Below are positions 55,327-64,000 of a stretch of DNA of 64,000 nucleotides, one piece after another (the stretch's first letter is position 1; every line of letters begins with the position of its first letter). Source of the DNA: Myxococcota bacterium (lineage in GTDB: Bacteria; Myxococcota_A; UBA9160; JAFDDA01); assembly GCA_965228475.1 (NCBI GenBank), contig OZ245817.1, positions 704,001 through 768,000 on the forward strand. The letters run 5' to 3'. The translations under genes were made by a program, and so were the position numbers. Below the pieces are notes generated by a model that worked only from the letters and a program-made list of their open reading frames with translations, was not told where the DNA came from and made no database searches.

Positions 55327-58141
55327 CTCGGGTCGGGGGCGCCGGAGGCGCCGCGACGTTGGGCGTCGAGAGATCCGGCGTCGAGCCTTCGTCGGCGGGG
55401 CTCTCGAAGGCGGACTGGATGGCGGTGATCGCGCGCCGCACGAAGCGCGGCACGCCCTCGACGGCCATGCTCGCCGGGCCGGTCGCGAGGGTCTTCAGCG
55501 GGACGAGGCTCGCATCGGGCGAGCGCCAGGGCCCCGTCACCTCGACGTAGGCGCCCATCAGGTTGTCGTCCTCGCCGAGGATCAGATCCGAGAGCACGGG
55601 GACCACCCCGATCACGCGGTCGATCGCCTTGAAGAAGAAGACGCCCACGACGGCCTCCACCGGGTGCGCCGGGTCGACGCCGTCGACGGTACCCGTCGCG
55701 AGCAGGCGGACGTCCGGCCCGTCGATGCGGAGCTCCTCCGCGTGCACGGTGCCGCGGTCGATGCGGAGCACGGCGTCGATGCTCGAGTAGCGCATCTCGT
55801 CGCGGCGCCGGAACGGATTGAACGTGTCCGTCGCCTTCGCGACGGCGAGCAGCACGGGCAGTTTGCGCAGGATCGCGCCGTCGCGCGCTTCGACGAGCAG
55901 CCGGCCTTCCATGCCCGCGATGACCCGGCGGCCCGGCCGCATCTCGCCGCGGAAGTTTCCGTCGAGCACGACGTCGCCCGTGGCTTCGTGGGGCTCGAGG
56001 CCGATCTTGTCGACGATGCCCGGTGCCTTCGCGCCCTCGACGCGCACCGTCGTCCAGTAGGGGAGCTCGTCCGGCTTCGAGAAATCGATCGTGCCCTCGC
56101 CGAGGCCGCGGCCCGCGATGCCGAGGTCGAGGTCGTAGCTCACGAGCCGGACGTTCTGGCCCTTGGCGTGGAAGCGGCCCGTGCTCTTCAGGACGCGCCA
56201 ATCGCCGAGGTTGTGCGGGTCGAGGTGCCAGCGGCCGCGCGCCCAGACCGGGTCCGCGACGTCGAGCGGTTCGAGCCCGGCGATGGCCGGCCTCACGCCG
56301 ACCTTCACGGAGACGCGCTCGACCTTGCGTTCGCCCTTCGACTGCTGGATCGCCCAGATGCCCTCCGCGCGGATCGGCACGCGGCCCCAGATGCCGTGCT
56401 CGACGAGGATGCGGATGCCGTCCTCGCCCGGGATGGCGCGCGCGAACAGGTTGCGCAGGGGCCAGAGCAGGGTCGGGTGCACGACGTGGTCGAGGTCGAG
56501 GAGCAGCGCGCCCGGCATCTCGCCCGGCGGGCGGTTCGGATCGACGACGATCTGGTACATCGGGCCGAGGCCGAGCATGAGCGGGGCGTTCGGGTCGTCG
56601 GGGATCTCGCGCAGGCCGCGGTTGCCGCCGAGGTTCGTGACGCCGTCGAGGGTGGCGTCGAGCGTCGGCATCCAGTGGCCGCCGCGGCGCCCGCGCACGC
56701 CGCGCAGCTCGAGGCGGTCGCCGCGGAAGGCGACACGGCCCGAGAGGTCCGTCAGGGTGTTGCCTTCGCCCGCGCGCACCGCGAAGCCGGCGAAGCGCGC
56801 CGAGGCTTCGACGGTCTCCGGCAGCAGGCCCACGATGTCGTCGTCGAAGGCGCGCCACCATTCGCCGAGGGTCGCGTCGCCCGAGACCTCGACGTCCTCG
56901 AGCCGCCCGGAGCGCAGCGGTTCGAGCACGCTTTCGACCGTCGCGAGCTGCCGCGGCGGGAGCAGCGCGATCAGGTGGCGGCGCTGCTCGAGGTCGTAGT
57001 GGTCGACGCCGACGCGCGCCATCGTGTGCGAGGGGAGGCCGAGGGGGCGGGCGATCTCGGCCGAGGCGGAGAGTTCGGTCTGCTCCGCGGCGACGAAGGC
57101 CCGTTCGATGCGCAGGCGTTCGGGGTCGATGTCGGCGTCGAGCCCGGCCCGTACGGTCTCGAGGTCGACCGGAACGGGCTCCGCATCCCCGAGCCGGGGC
57201 AGGGAGCCGGCGACCCGCTCGGCGTCGAGGCGCGCCGTGATCTCGAAGACGCCGGGCTGGGGCCGCGCGGCGCGCACGGCGAGCTGGCCGAGGCCGTCGA
57301 TCTCGGCCGTCGGCAGGAAGCTGCGGAGCACCGGACCGGCGGAGGCGAGGGGCCACTCGCGCAGCCGCAGGTCGGCGGCCAGGGCGCCGCGGCGGTCGCG
57401 ATCGAGGTCGAAGGCGAGGGCGGCGGATTCGGCGCCGGCGTCGAGCTTCGCCACCAGGGCGAGCTCGGCCTGGCCGCCGCGGCGCGAGCGCAGCGTGCCG
57501 CGGACGTCCTTCAGCCGGAGCGCCAGGGGCGGGCCCTCCGGGCCGAGGGGCGGCGCCTCGAGCAGGAGTTCCGAGCGCTCGAGGGAGATCTGCTGGCCGC
57601 GCAGGGGGCCCGCGAGGGCGGTCTCGAGCTGGCTCGCGATGGCTTCGAGGAAGCCGACGAGGGGCTCCGGCGGAGCGGCCTCCTCCGCGGCCACCTCCTC
57701 CTCGAGGGCTTCCGGCGAGCGGAGGATCGGGCCCGGCGGCGGCGCGGAGACGGCGGGGAGCGCCTCGCTCTGGCCCAGGCGGGCCCGCACGCCGTCCAGG
57801 GCGAGGGCGCGAAGGTGGACCTCGCCCCGCAGCAGGGCCAGGGGGGCGATCTCGGCCTGGAGCCGGTCGATGGAGAGGGCGGCGACGGCGCCGCCGTTTC
57901 CCGCGGTCTCGATCTCGCCGGCATCGAGCAGGACGCCCTTCATCCAGGCCAGCGCCCCGGCGCCGAAGAAGAGCCGGGCCGAGCCGACCGTGACCGGGGA
58001 GCCGAAACGCTCGGAGAGGGCGGTTTCGAGGCTCGCGCGCGTCCGTTCGGGGCCCCACTGCGAGGCGGCGAGCAGCCCCGCCCCCGCCGCGACGAGGAAC
58101 AGGGCCAGACCGACGATGACGATGCGGACGGGCCGGACCAA
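55313..58141 (-). CDS. AsmA-like/YhdP-type lipid-bridge protein
   Basis: N-terminal TM, long beta-rich body, C-terminal AsmA_2-like region (IDRVIGVVPVL...VTGPWRSP); TTG start after GGAGG. Confidence 0.75.
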   Translation of the reverse strand: MVRPVRIVIVGLALFLVAAGAGLLAASQWGPERTRASLETALSERFGSPVTVGSARLFFGAGALAWMKGVLLDAGEIETAGNGGAVAALSIDRLQAEIAPLALLRGEVHLRALALDGVRARLGQSEALPAVSAPPPGPILRSPEALEEEVAAEEAAPPEPLVGFLEAIASQLETALAGPLRGQQISLERSELLLEAPPLGPEGPPLALRLKDVRGTLRSRRGGQAELALVAKLDAGAESAALAFDLDRDRRGALAADLRLREWPLASAGPVLRSFLPTAEIDGLGQLAVRAARPQPGVFEITARLDAERVAGSLPRLGDAEPVPVDLETVRAGLDADIDPERLRIERAFVAAEQTELSASAEIARPLGLPSHTMARVGVDHYDLEQRRHLIALLPPRQLATVESVLEPLRSGRLEDVEVSGDATLGEWWRAFDDDIVGLLPETVEASARFAGFAVRAGEGNTLTDLSGRVAFRGDRLELRGVRGRRGGHWMPTLDATLDGVTNLGGNRGLREIPDDPNAPLMLGLGPMYQIVVDPNRPPGEMPGALLLDLDHVVHPTLLWPLRNLFARAIPGEDGIRILVEHGIWGRVPIRAEGIWAIQQSKGERKVERVSVKVGVRPAIAGLEPLDVADPVWARGRWHLDPHNLGDWRVLKSTGRFHAKGQNVRLVSYDLDLGIAGRGLGEGTIDFSKPDELPYWTTVRVEGAKAPGIVDKIGLEPHEATGDVVLDGNFRGEMRPGRRVIAGMEGRLLVEARDGAILRKLPVLLAVAKATDTFNPFRRRDEMRYSSIDAVLRIDRGTVHAEELRIDGPDVRLLATGTVDGVDPAHPVEAVVGVFFFKAIDRVIGVVPVLSDLILGEDDNLMGAYVEVTGPWRSPDASLVPLKTLATGPASMAVEGVPRFVRRAITAIQSAFESPADEGSTPDLSTPNVAAPPAPPTRGEDS

Positions 58142-58527
58142 GGCGCCTCCAGGGGTGGGCGCAATCTAGCATCCGGGGCCTTCCCGGGTGCGAAAGTCGC
58201 GTAAAAGCCGCGCCTTGGCGGCACTCTGCGCGTCAGGGGTATGTGCTCTTTATAGGACGAGAGGGTCACCGGAGGTGTTCGTCTCCAGGGCGCCCCGAGT
58301 CAAGTTCCCTCCATCCTGCGCCCTCACTTCCCCCTCACGAATGTGCGTTTTCGGCCCTAGGTGCCCGCCCGGTCAGGGCTGGCGGGCCCCCGCGTTTCCC
58401 CCGGGGCCGAAGCCCGGCGAACCGTCCAACTCCGCCTTTTTTCTCAAGAAATTCCCCTGCGGGCCGTTCAGGACCCAGAGCGATCGCGTCTGTTGGTCAA
58501 CCACGTGAAGCAAGGGAGTGCGACGCG

Positions 58528-58803
58528 ATGGACCATTTCGGGAACGGGAATGCAATCGATGGAGAGGCTTCCCGCCCGCTCCAGATGAATCGGGTTCGCG
58601 AACTCCGCGAAAACCGGTTGATGACGCAGGCACAACTTGCCCGGAAGGCAAGAGTGGCCCTGCGCACCATCCACAGTGTCGAGAAGGGCATGAACTGTCG
58701 CATGGATACCAAGCGGAAGATCTTGCTGGCTCTCGGGCTGCGATTCGAGGATCGGGACAAGGTCTTTCCGCCGGCCCACCAGCTCGACCCGAGCTTGAAC
58801 TAG
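58528..58803 (+). CDS. Small XRE-family HTH regulator
   Basis: NRVRELRENRLMTQAQLARKARVALRTIHSVEKG; SD GGGAG. Confidence 0.88.
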   Translation: MDHFGNGNAIDGEASRPLQMNRVRELRENRLMTQAQLARKARVALRTIHSVEKGMNCRMDTKRKILLALGLRFEDRDKVFPPAHQLDPSLN

Positions 58804-58948
58804 GGCCTCGGGCCCGCCTGGCGGGCCCGGAATCGGGTGCCAAGCAGCCCCGACGCGTCAGCCGAACCTGACGTGTCGGGGCCGCGGTAACATCGGCGAC
58901 CAGGGGAGCACGAGGTCCCCGCCGGGAGTCTCGCTCCAGGAGGTCGTC

Positions 58949-61321
58949 ATTTCGGACCGAGTCACGCTGCTCTCGGACGTCGCAGGGATCGTTTCGCGAT
59001 CCCACGACCTGCCCGAGACGCTGAACAACGTCGTCGAACTGGTCGCGAAGCGGCTGGATGCCGACGTGTGCTCGATCTACCTGACCGACACCGACCTCCA
59101 GCACCTCACCCTCGCCGCGACGATCGGCCTGGCCCGCGAGGCCATCGGGAGCGTGCGGCTCGCCTTCGGCGAGGGCCTGGTCGGCTACGCCGTCGAGCGC
59201 AGCGAACCGATCGCCATCGAGAAGGCCCAGGCGCACCCGCGCTTCAAGTACTTCCCGGAGTCCGGGGAGGAGCTCTACCAATCGCTGATGGCCGCGCCGA
59301 TGGTGGTGCGCGACAACTCGATCGGCGTGCTCGTGGTGCAGACCAAGGCGCCCCGCCGCTTCGACCGGCGCGACATCGAACTGCTCACGACCTGCGCACA
59401 GCTGATCGCTCCCGTCGTGCTGAACGCGCGGCTGCTCGACTTCGTGACGCGGCCCGAGCCGGAGAAGCTGAAGGTCGTCGAGGACCTCGTGCACGCCGGC
59501 GTTCCGTTCCAGGGCGCCCAGGGCGACGGCGGGGAAGGGGAGATCCACCTCACCGGCATCCCGACCTCCTCGGGCGTGGCGATCGGTCCGATCTACCGGC
59601 TCGAAGATCCGGTCGACCACTCGGATCTCGACTACGAGCCGAACGACGACCCGGCCCTCGAGTGGGCGGACCTCGAGGACGCCCTCGTCGAAGCGCGCCG
59701 GGAGCTCGAGAGCGTCCGCTCGGAGACCGGTGCGCGCTTCGGCCCCGAGTTCAGCGCGGTCTTCAACATCCACATCCAGATTCTCGAGGACAAGGGCCTG
59801 ATCGATCGCCTGCGCGCGGCGACGGCGGCGGCGGGCAACGCCCTCGTTGCGTTGAAGCGCGTGCTCGACGACTACCGCCGGACCTTCGACCGCATCGAGA
59901 ACGAGTTCTTCCGGGAGCGCGGCGCGGACATCCAGGACGTCGGCCAGCGCGTGATGGCGAAGCTCCTCGGCGTACGACACCAGAACGTGCCGCTGACCGA
60001 GGGTGCCATCGTCGTGACGCACCAGATCCTGCCCCACCACTTCGCCATGCTCGAGGTGGAGCGCATGGGCGCGATCGTCGCGGAGCACGGCGGGCCGACC
60101 TCCCACGGCGCGATCTTCGCGCGCTCGCTCGAGGTGCCGGCGGCCACGGGCGTCGAGGGCCTGCTCTCCCTCGCGCGGCCCGGGGATCTCGCGATCGTCG
60201 ACGGCGTCTCCGGCCAGGTCCACCTGCGCCCGGACGATGCCCTCGTCGAGGAGTATCAGAAAGCGCGGCAGCGCCACACCGTCGCGGTGGAGCATCTCGA
60301 TGCCCTGCGCGGCCGGCCCGCGGAATCCCGCGACGGGCGGCGCATCGCGCTGACGGCGAACGCCGGCCTGCTGAACGATCTCGTCCTCGCGGACCGCCAC
60401 GGCGCCGAGGGCATCGGCCTGTTCCGCACCGAGCTCCTGGCCCTGGCCCAGCGCGGCTTTCCCGACGAGCGCGAGCAGGAATCGCTCTACCAGCGCGTCG
60501 CGCAGTCCGTGGCGCCGCGGCCGGTCACGATCCGCACCCTCGACGTCGGCGGCGACAAGGAGCTTCCGAACCTCTCGGGCGGGCCCGAGGAGAACCCCCA
60601 GCTCGGCTGGCGCTCGATCCGCCTGGCGCTCTCCCACCGCGACCAGTTCCTGGCCCAGCTGCGCGCCATCCTGCGGGCGAGCGCCTCGGGCAACGTGCGC
60701 ATCCTCCTGCCGATGGTCTCCTGCCTCGGGGAGCTCGAGGAGGCGATGGCGCTGATCGACGAGGCGAAGGGTTCGCTTCGGGCCCAGGGCGTGGCCTTCG
60801 ACGAGGACGTGCCCGTCGGGATCATGATCGAGGTGCCCGCCGCGGCGCTGACGGCGGAGATCCTGGCCGAGCGCTGCGCTTTCTTCAGCATCGGGACGAA
60901 CGATCTCACCCAGTACACGCTCGCGGTGGACCGCGGCAACGAGCGCGTGGCCCACCTCTACGATCCGCTCCACCCCGCCGTGCTCAAGCTGATCGATCAC
61001 ACGGTGCGTGCGGCCGAGCGCGCCGGCATCCCGGTTTCGGTGTGCGGCGAGATGGCTGGCGACGCCCTCGCCGTGCCGCTGCTCGTCGGCCTCGGCATCT
61101 CGGAGCTCTCGGCGACGCCGAGCTCGGTGCCGGTCGTGAAGGAGATCGTGCGCGCCCTCGAGATGGAAGGGGTCGCCGGCGACGCGCGCGCCGCGCTCGG
61201 CGCCCGCACCGCCGAGGAAGTGCACCGGATCGCCGTGGCGCGCCTGCGCCGGGCCGGCCTGTTCGATCACCCGGACATCGGGCCCTGGCTGCGCGCCAGC
61301 TACCCGAACCGCGGTCACTAG
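58949..61321 (+). CDS. ptsP: GAF-domain PEP-protein phosphotransferase (Enzyme I-Ntr), probable ATT start
   Basis: N-terminal GAF (DVCSIY), GGPTSHGAI phospho-His, GIGLFRTE, SIGTNDLTQY, CGEMAGD; AGGAGG 5 nt before ATT 58949. Confidence 0.93.
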   Translation: MSDRVTLLSDVAGIVSRSHDLPETLNNVVELVAKRLDADVCSIYLTDTDLQHLTLAATIGLAREAIGSVRLAFGEGLVGYAVERSEPIAIEKAQAHPRFKYFPESGEELYQSLMAAPMVVRDNSIGVLVVQTKAPRRFDRRDIELLTTCAQLIAPVVLNARLLDFVTRPEPEKLKVVEDLVHAGVPFQGAQGDGGEGEIHLTGIPTSSGVAIGPIYRLEDPVDHSDLDYEPNDDPALEWADLEDALVEARRELESVRSETGARFGPEFSAVFNIHIQILEDKGLIDRLRAATAAAGNALVALKRVLDDYRRTFDRIENEFFRERGADIQDVGQRVMAKLLGVRHQNVPLTEGAIVVTHQILPHHFAMLEVERMGAIVAEHGGPTSHGAIFARSLEVPAATGVEGLLSLARPGDLAIVDGVSGQVHLRPDDALVEEYQKARQRHTVAVEHLDALRGRPAESRDGRRIALTANAGLLNDLVLADRHGAEGIGLFRTELLALAQRGFPDEREQESLYQRVAQSVAPRPVTIRTLDVGGDKELPNLSGGPEENPQLGWRSIRLALSHRDQFLAQLRAILRASASGNVRILLPMVSCLGELEEAMALIDEAKGSLRAQGVAFDEDVPVGIMIEVPAAALTAEILAERCAFFSIGTNDLTQYTLAVDRGNERVAHLYDPLHPAVLKLIDHTVRAAERAGIPVSVCGEMAGDALAVPLLVGLGISELSATPSSVPVVKEIVRALEMEGVAGDARAALGARTAEEVHRIAVARLRRAGLFDHPDIGPWLRASYPNRGH

Positions 61322-61438
61322 CTCTCCCGGCCGCTCGGCCGTGCCCCGGGGGCCTCGTTCGTCGACCTCTGGGGCGGGTTGCGCTATCCCCTCCGCGTCC
61401 TCAATCGCGCCATCCCGTGCGAGGAGCCCCCTTCGGCG

Positions 61439-62308
61439 ATGACCACCCTGGCCCAGAACGTGCGCTCGTACGTGGAGCTGACGAAGCCCCGCGTGCTGCT
61501 GCTCGTGATCTTCACGGGGTTGCCCGCCATGGCCCTGGCCGGGGGAGAATGGCCGGCGCCGCTGTTCGCGACGACCGTCCTGCTCGGGATCACCCTGGCG
61601 GCGGGCGCCGCCAACGCCCTCAACTGCTACATCGAGCGCGACCGCGACGTGCGCATGGAGCGCACCGCCGACCGGCCGCTGCCTTCGGGGCGCATGAAGG
61701 CGCGCAACGCGCTGATCTTCGGCGTCGTCCTCTCGGTCGTCGCGACGGGGGTCCTCTGGGCATCGGGCGGGGCGGTGGCTGCCGCTCTCGGCCTGGCGAC
61801 CATCCTCTTCTACGTGTTCGTCTACACGGTCTGGCTGAAGCCCCGGTCGTCCTGGAACGCCGTGATCGGCGGGGCGGCCGGCGCGGCGGCGCCGCTGATC
61901 GCCGATGCGGCTGTGAACGGGAGCGTCGGCCCGGCCGGGCTCCTGCTCTTCGCCATCGTCTTCTTCTGGCAGCCGCCCCACGTCTGGGCCATCGCGCTCT
62001 TCCGCAAGGCGGACTATGCGGCGGCCGGCATCCCGATGCTTCCGAACGAGATCGGCGACCAGCCGACCCGCTGGCGCATGCTTGGGTACTCCCTGGCGCT
62101 GGTGCCGGTGACCCTCGCACCGCTGCCGCTCGGCCTGCTCGGCCCGCTCTACGGTGGGGTGGCCGCGGCCCTCGGGCTGTGGTTCGTCTGGCACAGCGTC
62201 CGCGTGATCCGGGAGCAGACCGACGCCGCCGCGCGCCGCATGTTCGGCGTCTCGCTCGTCTACCTCTTCGCGCTGTTCCTCGCGATGCTGGTCGACTTCG
62301 CCCTCTAG
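61439..62308 (+). CDS. ctaB: Protoheme IX farnesyltransferase (heme o synthase)
   Basis: ELTKPRV, ERDRD.RMERT..RPLPSG, YT.WLK, FFWQPPH.WA, DYAAAGIPMLP. Confidence 0.95.
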   Translation: MTTLAQNVRSYVELTKPRVLLLVIFTGLPAMALAGGEWPAPLFATTVLLGITLAAGAANALNCYIERDRDVRMERTADRPLPSGRMKARNALIFGVVLSVVATGVLWASGGAVAAALGLATILFYVFVYTVWLKPRSSWNAVIGGAAGAAAPLIADAAVNGSVGPAGLLLFAIVFFWQPPHVWAIALFRKADYAAAGIPMLPNEIGDQPTRWRMLGYSLALVPVTLAPLPLGLLGPLYGGVAAALGLWFVWHSVRVIREQTDAAARRMFGVSLVYLFALFLAMLVDFAL

Positions 62309-62316
62309 CCAGGGCC

Positions 62317-62751
62317 GTGGACCTCTCCTTCCTTCCGGCCGTCAACGCGAGCCTGAACGCCGTGGCGACGCTGCTCCTGCTCTGGGGCCGCTCGCTCGCC
62401 CGCCGTGGGGCGCTCGACACCCACCGCCGCGTCATGATCTCGGCCTTCGGGGTCTCCGCGCTCTTCCTCGTGTTCTACGTGGCGCACAAGATCTGGCGGG
62501 ATTTCGAACACACGCCCTACCACGGCGTCGGCGCGGCCAAGGCCTTCTACCTCGCCCTGCTCGGGACGCACCTGGTCCTCGCGATGCTGGTTCCGGTGCT
62601 CGCGGTCGTCTTGATCCGCCGCGGCCTGCGCGACGACCGCGAGGCCCATCGCCGGCTCGCTCGCTGGGCCTGGCCCGTGTGGCTCTACGTGTCGCTCTCG
62701 GGCATCGCGATCTACGGCATGCTCTACCACTGGAACCCGCCGGCCGTCTGA
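62317..62751 (+). CDS. DUF420-domain membrane protein (CtaM/YozB-like)
   Basis: LPAVNASLN, HRRVM, FLVFY, THLVLA, HRRLARWAWPVWLYVS.SG; oxidase-assembly context. Confidence 0.85.
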   Translation: MDLSFLPAVNASLNAVATLLLLWGRSLARRGALDTHRRVMISAFGVSALFLVFYVAHKIWRDFEHTPYHGVGAAKAFYLALLGTHLVLAMLVPVLAVVLIRRGLRDDREAHRRLARWAWPVWLYVSLSGIAIYGMLYHWNPPAV

Positions 62752-62994
62752 AAAACAGGACCGTTTTCGGTCCCAATCCGGAGCGTTCCGTAGGGGCGCG
62801 CAGCGCCCGGAAACGTCGTGATTTCGCGGCTCTTGGTTGACGCGGCGCGACCGGATCAGCTACCAAGAGCCCCGCCGGAAAGCCCCCTCTCCTTGGCCTC
62901 CGATGCCCTCTTCCGAGGTGGTGCGCCGGCCAACCAAGACCCGCAGGAGTGCTTCCGACACGAAGCCACCTTCGATGGGATGGACGACCGAACG

Positions 62995-63684
62995 ATGACC
63001 GAATCCATGACCGACCGCGCTGGCGGCACCCGCTTCGTCTTGGCGCTCGCCTGCGGAGTGTTGTTCCTGGCCGCTCCGGTCCGCGCGGACGAGGCGCCGG
63101 CAGGTGCCGAAGCCGAGATGGGCGACGTCGCCCGCGGCGAAGCCCTCTACGACCTCTGTGCCCAGTGCCACGGTGCCGACGGTGCCGGGAACCCGGACAT
63201 CGAGGCGCCGGCCATCGCCGGGCTGCCCGGCTGGTACGTCTCCTCGACGCTGAAGAAGTTCAAGGCCGGCGGCCGCGGGACCCACCCGGACGATTACTCC
63301 GGCATGCGCATGCGCCCCATGTCGATGTCCCTGCGCGGCGAACAGGACATCCCGGACGTGACGGCCTACGTGGCCCAACTCGCGCCGGTCGACCCGGAGC
63401 CCACCCTCGAGGGCGGCGACGCGGCCCGGGGCGCTGCGCTCTACGCGCCCTGCATCGCGTGCCACATGCCCGACGGCGCCGGGAACGCCGCGCTCAGCGC
63501 GCCGCCGCTCATCTACGCGAACGATTGGTACATGTTCTCGCAGCTCAAGAAGTTCAAGGGCGGCGTGCGCGGCACGAACCCCCAGGACGCGATGGGCGCG
63601 CTGATGGTCGGGATGTCCCAGACGCTGGTCGACGACCAGGCGATCAAGGACGTCATCGCTCACATCATGACGCTCTCGAAATAG
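62995..63684 (+). CDS. Diheme cytochrome c4/c553-like
   Basis: Signal peptide; CAQCH and CIACH; distal Met (MRPM, MVGM). Confidence 0.9.
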   Translation: MTESMTDRAGGTRFVLALACGVLFLAAPVRADEAPAGAEAEMGDVARGEALYDLCAQCHGADGAGNPDIEAPAIAGLPGWYVSSTLKKFKAGGRGTHPDDYSGMRMRPMSMSLRGEQDIPDVTAYVAQLAPVDPEPTLEGGDAARGAALYAPCIACHMPDGAGNAALSAPPLIYANDWYMFSQLKKFKGGVRGTNPQDAMGALMVGMSQTLVDDQAIKDVIAHIMTLSK

Positions 63685-63699
63685 GAGCCCGGCAGCACC

Positions 63700-63804
63700 A
63701 TGGGCAAGGCATATCCCGCAGACGAGTTGGCGAAGCGCATCTTCGTCGTATCCATGTTGGGCGTCGGCCTCTTCATCTCCGTCGTCTTCACCTTCATTCT
63801 CTAG
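63700..63804 (+). CDS. 34-aa single-TM peptide between cytochrome c and oxidase subunit II
   Basis: MGKAYPADELAKRIFVVSMLGVGLFISVVFTFIL*; AGGAG upstream; fills the gap between the two genes. Confidence 0.7.
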   Translation: MGKAYPADELAKRIFVVSMLGVGLFISVVFTFIL

Positions 63805-63813
63805 GAAGCAAGC

Positions 63814-64000
63814 ATGGTCGAGCGATACATCCTCCAGGCTTCCACCTTCGCCGCCGACATCGACTCGGTGATCAACCTGATCGGTTGGTTGGTCCTGTTC
63901 TGGGGTGGCCTGACGGCGGCGGTCTTCTTCTACCTCCTCTTCCGTTTCCGGAAGAAGGACGGCGTCGGCGCCGAGTACATCACCGGCGAAGAGAAGGAGC
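63814..64000 (+). CDS. coxB: Cytochrome c oxidase subunit II, N-terminal part (3' truncated)
   Basis: QASTFAADID...TM helix...RFRKK; ctaB/DUF420/cytochrome c context. Confidence 0.75.
   Translation, partial: MVERYILQASTFAADIDSVINLIGWLVLFWGGLTAAVFFYLLFRFRKKDGVGAEYITGEEKE

Noticed and set aside
58142..58527. ncRNA or tRNA in the long, lower-GC intergenic region
   Set aside because: No cloverleaf or recognisable RNA motif by eye; most simply a divergent promoter region. An Rfam scan would be needed to exclude one.
1..64000. Many long alternative-frame and antisense ORFs in the track (e.g. 15729-19283 +, 54827-58204 +, 58373-62194 -, 59068-62300 +)
   Set aside because: These are Arg/Pro/Gly-rich shadows of genuine genes, expected at this GC content, with no recognisable motifs.
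1..64000. Mobile elements, prophage or defence systems
   Set aside because: No transposase, integrase, phage or recognisable defence domains seen.

Overview
A 64-kb, very GC-rich, gene-dense bacterial chromosomal segment, probably from a Myxococcota/deltaproteobacteria-like lineage (inferred from gene content and secreted-protein style). It holds mostly core and metabolic genes: pth (partial, in frame with nhaA), pdxR-pdxS-pdxT, rpsF-rplI-dnaB (no rpsR) followed by an ldcA-serine hydrolase-mpl peptidoglycan-recycling block, thiD, thiE, mrp/apbC, cysE, a PaaX-like regulator with a fatty-acid desaturase, thioredoxin-ccdA-nnrU, nupC, ntrB/ntrC-like genes, moeA-mobA, a moxR/DUF58/Bat operon, rfaE2, an AsmA-like gene, ptsP, ctaB and the start of a cytochrome c oxidase operon. 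It also encodes three large secreted proteins. I found no rRNA, tRNA, CRISPR array or mobile element. The most striking unannotated signal is a recurring translational 'relay'. At four operon junctions, tiny 8-14 aa ORFs bridge neighbouring genes with a 4-nt ATGA/GTGA stop-start overlap at both ends. At two of these junctions (ntrB-ntrC and batA-batB) the mini-ORFs are tandem repeats of 41 and 23 bp, each carrying a Shine-Dalgarno (SD) sequence, which resembles mycobacterial MIRUs. Other oddities are probable AUU (ptsP) and CUG (thiE) starts, about a dozen leaderless-type promoters, a Pth-NhaA in-frame fusion, and an amber codon in a hairpin loop that interrupts a GNAT gene.
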